The notes beneath the pieces were generated by a model. It did not search any database. It had not been told where the DNA came from and was given only the letters and a program-made list of their open reading frames with translations. From the NCBI GenBank assembly GCA_050575255.1, contig JBNZDD010013726.1, positions 2,735,763 through 2,799,762 on the forward strand: a DNA stretch of 64,000 nt. The letters are read 5' to 3'. Source of the DNA: Harriotta raleighana (taxonomy: Eukaryota). A program made the position numbers and the translations under genes. How positions within the stretch are numbered: position 1 is the first letter of the stretch; each line of letters begins with the position of its first letter. Positions 28,723-40,977 of this stretch are shown one piece after another.

Positions 28723-28908
28723 CAATCTTCTCATCCTCTAACAACTCAGAATCCAATCTTCTCATCCTCTAACAACTCAGAATCCAATCTTCTCATCCTC
28801 TAACAACTCAGAATCCAATCTTCTCATCCTCTAACAACTCAGAATCCAATCTTCTCATCCTCTAACAACTCAGAATCCAATCTTCTCATCCTCTAACAAC
28901 TCAGAATC
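28723..28908. repeat. Minisatellite: 6 perfect copies of a 31-bp unit
   Basis: (caatcttctcatcctctaacaactcagaatc)x6, with no spacers. Confidence 0.97.
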
Positions 28909-31900
28909 CATTTCATTTGTCTTATGAAACTATTTTCAAGTTTCAATATCTAGTTCATGTCACATTTTTCTCGTCCTCTTACTTCAGGTAAAGTGCTGCC
29001 CAATCTCCCCCCTCCTCCCTCTCTAAACTTCTTATTTTTGCTTCTGCTGTTTAGTCTTGTGCCCCAGCTCTAGATTTCTAGACTTCATGTGTTGGTGAAT
29101 ACTTCTTTAAAACTTTGAACACAAACACAGGTATAACTTGGGTTAAATGGCAGAGATCCGGCTGCATTGTTCTATTTTTATCTGGAAGCAAGCTTTAAAA
29201 TAGCCCCACGGTTCTACAGTACAGTACAGTACTTACAATTCGCTGAAATTGCAAAGTCATTCTCTGCTACATTATTCCTACGTTTCACTCAGTGATCGAA
29301 ACCACTAGGTTAAACACAAAGTGCAGGGTTCAATCAGCCTCACACCTTACAAACCTGTTTTCTCAGTTCCTCACCGCTCCTGATAAGCCGCCAACTCATT
29401 CATAGCAGTGGATCAGCTGCCAAACACAATATGCAGATGACTGTGCTCCTCCCAGTGGCATGCCGTGGACCAGGACAATGAAAGAAATGCTTACAATCTG
29501 ACCTTATCTTTCAGTATAAAGTCAGCTGCGAATAAAGAACTTCTGTTTCTTTCACTTTCCAGAGCAACCGCATCCTGAGAACATTATTTTGACAATATTT
29601 TCAGAGCACACTGAATCCAGTAGCTTGTTCCGTTCCGGTATTGTACATGGAGTAGTTTCTATTAATAATTAAGGCACTACAGTCATCTCCTCTACACAGA
29701 AGGCAATGTCTGTAGTGCAAAAGGCAAATGTTTTGGGAGCCCCCGAAAATTATTTACATCCAGTGCCAAAGAATACTGTACATCTGTAAGCACAGATAAT
29801 TTGTATAGCATTGAATTGCTGGGAAAGTCCCGGCAGCACTAATGATAACTAATGTCTATGGTGAACATATCCTTTATAGTAAGCACTGCCTTCCTACTGC
29901 ATAATGCACTTTTACATCCAAGCACTTACATACAACACAAGATGTTTGGTGGCTTATTTAAACACCACCAAACACGAGCAGCCCTCTGACACCACTGTGA
30001 ATGGCAGAATATTTAGACACCAAATGGCTTTGATACCATCAAGTGATTTTACTCATTGTTTCTCTTGCATCTAAATATGCCATATTGCAAATTACGGATA
30101 ACATTTGTAAAGGAAGTGAAAGGAACATTTTCCCTGTATGTTCATATCTGCAATTACAGTACTCCTGATCAACGAGTTGTACATCCCCCATTAGATGCAA
30201 TACCTTTTTTAAATTAGAAACAAAAAGCAAACTGACAGCTGTATGTTTACTGGACTGCTGTTCATGGAATCTGACAGTGATTTATAATGTGTTACAAGGA
30301 CACTGAGATGAGGCTAGGCACCAAATATCGTATTACAAAGCATAATAATTTTTCGATTGCATTCATGTCTTTCAAATGAATATATGAAGATAATTGACTG
30401 TACATTGTCACAGGAACACAGAATTCACCAATATACATCAAAGTAGAAGCAGTTCAACATAGAATACAATCCCTAAAGGCCTTATCCACAGAACTTCATT
30501 TAGTGATTCGCAAAGTGTTGCTTTGCTGTTTCATATTTTTCACCCACACAAAATACAGTCAATTCGCTTTACAGCATATTTTGTGAAGCACTCTAAGATG
30601 TCGAGACGATGTGAAAAGACACTATAAAAAGTGCAAGGATTATGATTATTATCAAAGTTCAATCATTGGTCAATACAACTATTGCAATTCTTACTTCTTG
30701 TCACTGAGAATTGTTTTATGTGCAATAGTTTGTGTTTAACATGTCATAAAAAAGCAACCAGGAAGTATTTATTTACCCAATAGGTTGGCAATCAATCAGG
30801 GGAACAGTTTACCAGTAAAGATAGTTGAGGCCTGGACACTGAGGTGTTGTGATAGAAAAATGGTCCTGGTAGCTACCAATTAATACCTCCTGGAAGAATT
30901 CAAAAGAAATCCCTCTAGGAAACCCTCAAACTCCTCTGAGAAGCTGCAATGTGTCATTTTCGAATGCTGTATGAATAATTTTCTCTGATAAACTATGTGT
31001 ATTTAACATATTTTTAACACTGTTGGGGCGACAAATTAAGTTATTGTGAATAAATTAGCACAAGTTATCTTAACAGAATGTTAATGAAAACCTGCCCTTA
31101 CACCAAAACTTCAGTATTCACATTTCTACATTTCCACATACAGTATTTTGAAGTAAGTAGCACAGTATTTCCAACTCACATTGCATCCGTGATAATAATG
31201 AAAATAATATGATGTTCATGCAGATCACTGGTAGCCAAAAGACAAGCATGCTGGAGTTGGAGTTAATACCTGGAAAACCTCAAACTATTTCAAATGAAAT
31301 AGGAAATAATTAACTACTGTTCGAGCTCTGGAATTAAGCGCTTACAAACCAAACCACAAGACTGGATTCAGCCAAAAGGATTTGTTCCTAAAGCCATAAA
31401 GTTAGAGGATCGAAGGGTTGCTGCCTGTTTGGTCTGGTCGTTGTCATATCTAATTAAACCAAGGCCCTTCTCTGGGCTTTCTTTTGTTAATATTAACCAC
31501 AATGAGGTCTAGTTTCAGTGGTTTTATTTTGAGGTTGTATTGCTGGTGTGTGTTCAGCTGAACTTTCTGTGTTGAAGTAACAATACAATCAGGTCAGAAT
31601 GCATCACTGCACATCAGAAATGTAATTTCTGAACATAAAGAATGCTTCTCATTAAACAGACTTAACAAGACTTACCAGCACAAAATGCACCTCATTGAAG
31701 TCAACTGAACAAAATTATCTGTAAATCTAGGAAACACCCGGTCAAATTCAAACATCAGTACAGTTTTGGACAAAATTACAAGATGCTTTAGAAACCATAT
31801 TACATTGTGATTCAAGAATGCAAGGATTATTATAAGAATGTCTGTGCCCCAACCCCCCACTTGCCTTGATACTCAGTCTATATCATCTGTTGAATCAGGA

Positions 31901-34900
31901 ATCTCGGTACTATATTATGTACATTCCACGAAATCTACATACACTGTACTGGGAGATAATCTATTCCTTCAATTTACACCTCTATGTGCGGAGCAGTTTG
32001 CTTCCTCTTTAGCTTAGGTTTAGTTTTTGATATTCATAACTAATTTCAAGCACTCCAACTTCTTTTCCACGCAGACACTAGTTTAAGATTTAATGAATCA
32101 TTTCCAGTCAGTCCCTTCTTGCTGGGCTGCACTGAAATGGCAGATGGCAACCAGCACTACATGAGTATGTTCCTAATAAAATGGGCCACAGGGAAGAATA
32201 GTAAAATACAGAGAAGTAACAATATGAGAAAAAAAAATCTGATTTCCAGATGTTCTGATCATGAAGCAATTAAAGCCGTGTTTGCCTCCAGAAGACATTA
32301 TGGGAGGGATTTGGCAAAGCTGAAGAAACATCTTGTCATTGTATTTAGTCTCAAGGTTCTGAAACATCTTTGTCAGGAAAGATAGTGAGATACCCATCAG
32401 TTCACCCACCTGTCATGGTCAAGCCAACAGAATAATTTCTTGGCAACTAATTCTACCCATGGTCTTGTTCACAGATTCAATTGCATTTTAAAATTAATTA
32501 ACATGCCAACCACATCACCTCTGGAAAACTCTCTCCAGTAGGATGACAGCCAATAATATACAGTAATATAGTTGGGGTTGAGAGACTATAATCAGAGGCA
32601 CAACATGATAAAAAGCCACAGATTTTATAATGGCTAGGAAACCAGGCCAATAACAAGGATGAAGAAATTAGTATTCAATAGTGTTGGCACTCTTTGATGG
32701 AACTCTTTAACAGAGCAGCCATCAGCAGTACTGTCATCAATTGGGAGGATTGGGATAATAAGGTATAATGCGAAAATAATAATGTATTACAATAGGCATA
32801 ATGTGGAGAACGTTGCAGGGTAGTGCAAGACTGACAGTACAAGGCATTTATTGCTCATCACAGCTATTTTTCAATGTTTTAGAGCACGTGGAGAGTCCCA
32901 GAGGAAAGGGGAATGATGCTACACCACAAAGCTTTGGAATGCTGTTCCTCTATCCTCTGTCATGTCCCTTCACTACTCATCTTCAGGTCGTGCCAGAAGA
33001 TTTTCTTCTTCAACTATGTCAACAGTCATCTCCCCTTTGCTTGGCATCAGGTTTCGCCACTGTCAAGTGCTCTGGAACACTACCCTGTGAGAGGGACACT
33101 ATATAAATGTAGGTTGCTGTTTTTATTTGAGACATACACTATTGGAAATGAGTCCAAATGACTCTTTCACAGTAAAATTTGAATACTTAGCAACAGTGTG
33201 AAGTACTAGTCTAATGGTTAGTGTTATTGAATACTGTCTATCCTTTTCCAGTCATTTAACATGGTGAGCAAAATCACACTTTTGAACAAATTCAATTCTT
33301 AGAACAGCCAGGAATAATATACATACCAAACAAAAGAAGTGCCAGCCTGGCCCAGTTGTTAATGCTCTTGCCTCTGAGTTAGAAGACTTTAGGTTTAAAC
33401 CCCATCTTAGAACTTTGAACTCACAGTCTAGGTAGGCTGACACTCTTACACAGAGTTGGTTGAACTCACAGTCTAGGTGGGCTGACACTACATTAGGGGA
33501 GGTGTCATCCTTTGAATGAGACATTCAACCATGATCTTTTCCGCCATTCAAAAAGAGAAGGGAGCTATCATAACAATAATTATAATTACAATAACATTCA
33601 CTTCTGTTTGTGCATTTTGACTGATGTATTAGCACCAGCTGCTGCACACTGGGTGAAATGTAACATTAATTCGAACCTGTATAAACACTGGGAAATATGC
33701 TTTGTCATTATTCTTATCTGTGTATATTAACACCAACTGCTGGACCTGTAAAACTACAAAGTGGGTGAGACTATCTGTCAACAACAACAACAAGAACAAC
33801 AAAATTACATTTGTATAGTGCCTTTTACGGCGTTAGTGTTTGAGAATACTACTGATCTGAGATTTCTTTAGGATCTCAGATGGATATCCTGTAGCAGGTA
33901 AGTTTGCATCTCTGAGGAAGACCTCTACACAAATAGTGTGCAGCTACTCTAATGTATGTGTTCAACAAAATAAATCTTTCTGGATTGAATACTTATTGAC
34001 TTATGGCATAAATCTGTAGCATTTTGTTATTTCTATGATTGTATTTCTGGCCACCATTGCTTATCATAGTACATGCATTGCATTTTCATATAGTTCTGAC
34101 TAAAACAAGAGCAACAGCTTGCATTTATACTGTGTCCTTCATAAACAACAGCATCTCTGAGAGCGGCATGGCAGCGGGGTTAGATGCTGAGCAAGGAAGA
34201 AGAAAAAGATGACTTTAGATGCGATTAAAGAGCTAAGTCTTCAAATAATAATAATAATCCTTGCATTTAATATGGTGTTTCAGGACAAATAAGATGGGGA
34301 TGAACTGTCAGGATTGATCCATTACTGCATGAAGACCTTCATACTGAACTGATTGATAGGTTCAGTAGAGGAAACTAAAATGACCCTTTGCATTTCAGCT
34401 TCCTGTAATTGGATCCATATTGTTGTCACAGAAATAATAAAGATTGATTGCCAAGGCAATGTGTACTGCAAGGTAATACATTGGTAGCAACAACCTCTGA
34501 CAACAGGTTTGTGAAACTCTTGATGGTTTGTGAATACCAGAAGTCGAAGGTTAAGTTTCTGTCTAAAATTCATTGCTAGACATGTTAATATTCCTAATAG
34601 ATTAACCAGGAGGTTTTGCAACACACATTTTCCACCTTCTACATCCTATACTGGAGCAAATGTGTGACAAGGTGAAAAAGTAATAAAAAATGAGGATAAT
34701 ATCGAAGAAAACTTGCATTGACCTTCACCGGGTCCCCATGTGCCTGCTGCCTGGCCTGTTTCTCACAGGCATAACTGAGCTGGATCACACAAAAATAGTA
34801 ATGCATACATCAGATATTCCCCAATTTCAAGCTGACAAGCTGCTACAATTCGTAAGCAATCCTGAAAACCTAAAAGGCCTGTAGTCACATTTTACCTCTT

Positions 34901-35498
34901 TAACTAAGCAATGTTATGCATACCCTAAACATTTTTTTTTACCCAATGGAGCAGGACTCCCCTGTTGGCTCCGTTTGCAAAATGCACAGTTCCATAGTCA
35001 CTACACGTTATACTTTATACTGTAAAATGCTTTGATATGTCCCACTGAGGTGAAAGGTGGTACATCATATGCAAGGATTATTCTTATTATTTATCAAAGA
35101 TACACACTTTACAGTAAAGGTCCTCACACATGTCTAGCTCTGTTTTATTATCCACCCATAGGTTGGGAGTACAAAGTGAAAATCACTCCAACAACTCTTA
35201 CAAGCCACTAGCTAAAGAGCAGTGTGGCAGAGCCTGGGATCAGTTAATTATCCATCATCTTAGCTGGACTACGTGAGAAGCAGGACTAGATACAGACAAG
35301 CTTCCAAATTATTATGTTAATACTGACATCAAACAAATATCACATGATCAGCTCCATATGCCCTGTAAATACATTTCAGTGGCTATAATAAGCTCCTAAA
35401 TAGATATTCTAACCTCCTCCCTCCCACCCACCCCCCCTCCCCACATGCACACACACACACACACTAATGCATCAGGCCCAACACAAGAATCACAAATC

Positions 35499-37639
35499 AT
35501 ATTGTATGTCCATCATTTAAACTCATGAATGTAAAAGCATTTCACAAAAACAACAATGTGAACCATCACCTTAATCTGATGATAGAGCAGGAACTCTGGA
35601 AGGACAAGAATAAGTGGGCCGAAAGGTCTTCATCATTTAAACCTCTCGATGTGCGGTGTTGTGAAATGAAAAGGAAAATACGCTTGAATGACTCGTTTAC
35701 TTTTTTCTACCACTAGACGTCACTATATTACTATGTATAATTTTCTCTTAATGTGAAGCATTGTAGTGATGTTATCAATATCAACTGTGTGAAGTGCACT
35801 CAACATTCCATTCAAGTGACTTCAATGAGGGGCGCTGACACTTTTCAGTTCATTAGAGGGTTTCTTGGTTTCAAAGACTGGCCCTAAACAAATGGCTAGA
35901 ACACTTAAAACACACAGATCAAAGAGGCATTGTCACATATTTGAAAAAATCCAACTATCAGGACTCCTTCCAAAATAAAATAGCTCCCGTGTTATCCTGA
36001 ACATTTATGTGATATTTTGGGAAATAATTTGTTTGCATAGTGCCTTTCACGTCAGGAGGACGTCACAAGGAGCTGGACAGTCATTGTTTCACACACTTGC
36101 TGGGGACAGGGAGGATGGAGGGAAAAGGGGGGATTTGGAGTGGCTAATGGGACTGTTGAAGAAGAAGGTCTTGAGGCCTAAATCTAAGTTAAATAAGCCT
36201 AAATAACTCATAGTGATGTTAAACAATTCAATTTACATTTAAAACCCAAGATATGGGTAAATTCATTATCTTGGGTAAAATTTGTCAAAGTTAATGACAG
36301 ATAATTATTTTGTGACTACAGTATTTTGTTTTGTAAAGAATCCCAGCTGCAAAATTCCCTCTTTCACATGAGGTTTTCACTGAGGTTCCCTAAAGATAGG
36401 CACTGACACTTCAGATTCAAACCGCAGGAATTATTAGAAAAATAATTCTCATTTATTCTGTATAGGATGCTTATAATATAACTTTTCTGTATAAAATAAG
36501 TCCTATAGACATCCATCATCTTTCAAAGGTGTCTTGAAGCCCCAACTACTTATTTGAATTCAGAAATCNATATTGTATGTCCATCATTTAAACTCATGAA
36601 TGTAAAAGCATTTCACAAAAACAACAATGTGAACCATCACCTTAATCTGATGATAGAGCAGGAACTCTGGAAGGACAAGAATAAGTGGGCCGAAAGGTCT
36701 TCATCATTTAAACCTCTCGATGTGCGGTGTTGTGAAATGAAAAGGAAAATACGCTTGAATGACTCGTTTACTTTTTTCTACCACTAGACGTCACTATATT
36801 ACTATGTATAATTTTCTCTTAATGTGAAGCATTGTAGTGATGTTATCAATATCAACTGTGTGAAGTGCACTCAACATTCCATTCAAGTGACTTCAATGAG
36901 GGGCGCTGACACTTTTCAGTTCATTAGAGGGTTTCTTGGTTTCAAAGACTGGCCCTAAACAAATGGCTAGAACACTTAAAACACACAGATCAAAGAGGCA
37001 TTGTCACATATTTGAAAAAATCCAACTATCAGGACTCCTTCCAAAATAAAATAGCTCCCGTGTTATCCTGAACATTTATGTGATATTTTGGGAAATAATT
37101 TGTTTGCATAGTGCCTTTCACGTCAGGAGGACGTCACAAGGAGCTGGACAGTCATTGTTTCACACACTTGCTGGGGACAGGGAGGATGGAGGGAAAAGGG
37201 GGGATTTGGAGTGGCTAATGGGACTGTTGAAGAAGAAGGTCTTGAGGCCTAAATCTAAGTTAAATAAGCCTAAATAACTCATAGTGATGTTAAACAATTC
37301 AATTTACATTTAAAACCCAAGATATGGGTAAATTCATTATCTTGGGTAAAATTTGTCAAAGTTAATGACAGATAATTATTTTGTGACTACAGTATTTTGT
37401 TTTGTAAAGAATCCCAGCTGCAAAATTCCCTCTTTCACATGAGGTTTTCACTGAGGTTCCCTAAAGATAGGCACTGACACTTCAGATTCAAACCGCAGGA
37501 ATTATTAGAAAAATAATTCTCATTTATTCTGTATAGGATGCTTATAATATAACTTTTCTGTATAAAATAAGTCCTATAGACATCCATCATCTTTCAAAGG
37601 TGTCTTGAAGCCCCAACTACTTATTTGAATTCAGAAATC
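35499..37639. repeat. 1070-bp direct duplication across a single N (probable assembly overlap)
   Basis: 35499-36568 matches 36570-37639 with no difference seen; N at 36569. Confidence 0.9.
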
Positions 37640-39519
37640 TGCAGTAAACGTTTGACTTTGATGTTAAGTAGACTCCTTTAACAATAGTTACAATAAATTA
37701 TCCTTGCATTTGAGATAGTGCTTAATCACGTCATTGAGATTTCTTAAAGCGCTTTGCAGGATATACTGTAAAGTGGATTGACTGTGTATTTGTGTGGGCA
37801 AAGTCTGGCAGCCAATTGCCCCACTGGTTATAATAAATACTGTATCTCTAATGCAACATTGTGCCCTATGTATCTTTCATTCCCACTTCACAAAACATCA
37901 CAGTTTCAAAATAAGGGCAACCAAAGTGAAGAGGCAGTGCAGATTTGTTTTAGTAACAGGATGATAGGCCTGTGAAATAAACTTTAGCACAGATGGTACA
38001 GCATGCAATTACAGTATGAAGATATCTAAACTGACAAGCAACAGGAAAGACTTACTTGTGGCCGCCTCTTTTTGTAACCCCCACAATTATCTGTGAATAG
38101 TAGGGAGTTAGGATACTTAAAAATAGATTAGGAATAATTTGGGAAAAAAAGCACAGATTTATGCAGAGGAAGGTCAGTAAGAATTAAAAACAAAATACCT
38201 TGAAGATTGGAAAAAAAACTTGTACTGTATATAAAACTGTCTTAACAATAGTATTAAGTGTTTTAACCATAACTGGGATAGTTTGCTTGATCTATCCCAT
38301 AACAATGAGTCATTCAATGCAAATGGGACTGGAGATGGTTTTCTATAACAGCGTGAACCACACCCAAGTACATGGAGGAGAACAAAGAAAAAGGTGGTGG
38401 CATGGCCTGATACTTCTGCTCTGTACACTGTACTGTATATGCAAACAAACCAATGGATACATTACAAACTATAAAATAGGTTTTTAATCTCTTTGTGTAA
38501 TCACAAAATCGGTTTGGTTAAAGAAAGCCCTTTGACTCATTTAATCTGATCCACTGGATTCTCAATAGTTTCAATATTTTTTCCTCGATAACAATCTCGC
38601 CTTGGAGTTTGGCAAGTACTGAGTTTAGAACCTGCATTGATTAATTCATCCGAACAGAACTCAATCAGACTCAAATTAAATCATAACTTTGTCCAGCCAG
38701 TACTTATTCCAATTTCATCAGATTATCACAACAGAACTCAGTAGACCAGAAATGATGTGGCCTTTACCTCCATCACTAACCTAAGCCTCAGCCAGAATTC
38801 AAACTACAACATCAAACATCAAATTGTATCCATGGTGAATGCGATATGATCAAAAGGCAAATTGAATCATCATCCCATCAAACACCATTACCTTCCCCAA
38901 ATTGTTTCTCCCATTCTCAATGTTTGAGGTTTATTATTTGAAAGATTACGATCCCAATCAGAACCAACATTTAATTGTAAATGTATCTTTGGTTCAATCT
39001 ATTTTCCTCACAAAATCCACAGAAGGATACAGTTTTCATTTATACCAATCCCCTGAAAATTGCTTCCAACTGAATATTTTTTAAAAAATTGAATCTGCTT
39101 CAAACTCACCACTGTCGATTTCATCCAGTCTGCCACAGTGTTCCAGTACCCATCTTCCAAGAGCAGAGTTGTTACTTTCTAAGGAGATTTGTATTGAATG
39201 CCAGAAACTGAAGTTCCTTCTAATACAAGGTGTTTATAAATTTCCAAACACATCAAACCCACTCACAGCTGCCATTTATATCATCTTCTAAAAGTAAATA
39301 AGCATTCCAAGTAGCAGAATATCAACAAGAATTTCCAAATCTGTTCTTTACACATAAAGACTGGTGAAATATTTGATGCTGTTAAGGAGCCAGGATCCCC
39401 ACAGACTAAAACCACGGAACTTTGCATCATCCTGTTTTATCTTCTTCTATAGAACAGAGTGGTAATCACCTAATTAAAGGATCTTTGTGGACATGAAATC
39501 TGTAATTTAATTCCAGTAA

Positions 39520-39890
39520 AGGTAGTTCCAAAGCGTTGGGGGCACAGAGGTTGAAAGCCTGGCCACCAATGGTATGGCGGGTCGGGCAGGAGACATGGTG
39601 CAGGCCAGTGTCTACCGAACGGAGGGAGTGGACAAGTTGATAGGGTGTCAGCAGGTCAGAGAGGTAGGAGGGAGGAAAGCTGTGGAGAACCTTAAAATTG
39701 AGCACAATTGAATTCGATCTTCTGAGGAATGGGGAGCCTGTGGAGCCGGGCGAGGGTGATGGGTTCTCGAAGCCTGGCGCAGGAGAGAAAACAAGCTGCA
39801 GAATTTTGGATGATCTGCAGCTTGTAGAGGGAAGAGTTGGAGGTCCAACAAGGAGGGAATTACCGTAGTTGAGCCAAGAGGTGACAAACA
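39520..39890 (-). mobile_element. L2 LINE fragment
   Basis: ..PPSYLSDLLTPYQLVHSLRSVDTGLHHV..IGGQAF.. Similar fragments at about 12230-12320, 36030-36180, 54815-55075 and 61770-61960. Confidence 0.75.
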
Positions 39891-40677
39891 GTTACAAATA
39901 TACTTACCCCCTAGAACTTCCAAATCTGTTCTTCACCAGTTATTTATATTATTCCTTTTTATTAGAGTTACCATTGCACTATTGCTATTGATGAGATCAT
40001 CCAACAGCATATTGAAACAAAACATCCTGATGGTTGATCTCTCAAGATAGCCTTAAATGTCCTCTTGACCTCAGTGAAATGATCGGGTATTGCCCAATTA
40101 ATCTATGGTATCTAACATATTGATAACCTCTTTGGTGGCTGATTTGTCACTATAGCATTCTCATCTCTAGCAAGAATAAGTCCAGTTCTATTAGTGTATC
40201 CTCAGAGTTTTAAATCCTGCAATTATTCAGGTAACACTTCTCTGAACTCTCTCGTATAACTGCCTCTCTTTTTATTAAGAAAAAGGGTCACCGGAATTAG
40301 AAACTAGATATTACCATCAAGCAAAGCTCCACGGAAACAGAACAATATTCATAGAACAATAGGTCAAAAGCCCTGGTCCAATTCACTGCCTGAGGGCAGA
40401 TCCAATTAATTTTGATTTAAGGCTCTATCTAATTAATTTTACAAATAGACATAATTAATTTCATTATTCCCCATTTAGCTAATCTCAGACTCAATTTACC
40501 TTCTCTCTCCAGTTACATCTCATTCTTTGATTCACTGTGGTGTATGTGTGTATCCCCTAGTCATCATTGCACTCACTCTCATCTCATGCTATCATTTTAA
40601 ACCATTTTGATCCAGGGTGTATGAATAAATAAGTACAACATGTTGGTGTGGAAAAGCTCCAATTCTCTGTTAATAAT

Positions 40678-40977
40678 AAATAATGATAATCCTTCCATTT
40701 GATATAGCACTTTTCACTTCTAGACGTCACAAAGCACTTCACAGAATGTACTGTAAAGTGAATTCACTATGTATTTGTGGGAGAAAGGTGGAAGCCAATT
40801 GCACACAGCAGAGTCCCAGAAACAGTCATGGATTGAAATGACCAATTTATTATAGGTTTTTTGGGGACAAATTATTATTAGCCATGTGGAGATTTGCCAA
40901 AGGTTTTGCCCTGCCTGGATTCACAACACAGGTTTCATGCTTGTAAGGCGAGTGCTCTAACCGCTGAGTTACAGGAC
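40678..40977 (-). mobile_element. Full-length tRNA-derived SINE (same family)
   Basis: Reverse complement of the 62573 element from the head (gtcctgtaactcagcggttagagcactcgcc) to the (ATT)n tail. Confidence 0.82.

Noticed and set aside
28723-28908. CRISPR-like array (31-bp repeats)
   Set aside because: Head-to-tail identical units with no spacers, no cas genes, in a vertebrate intron.
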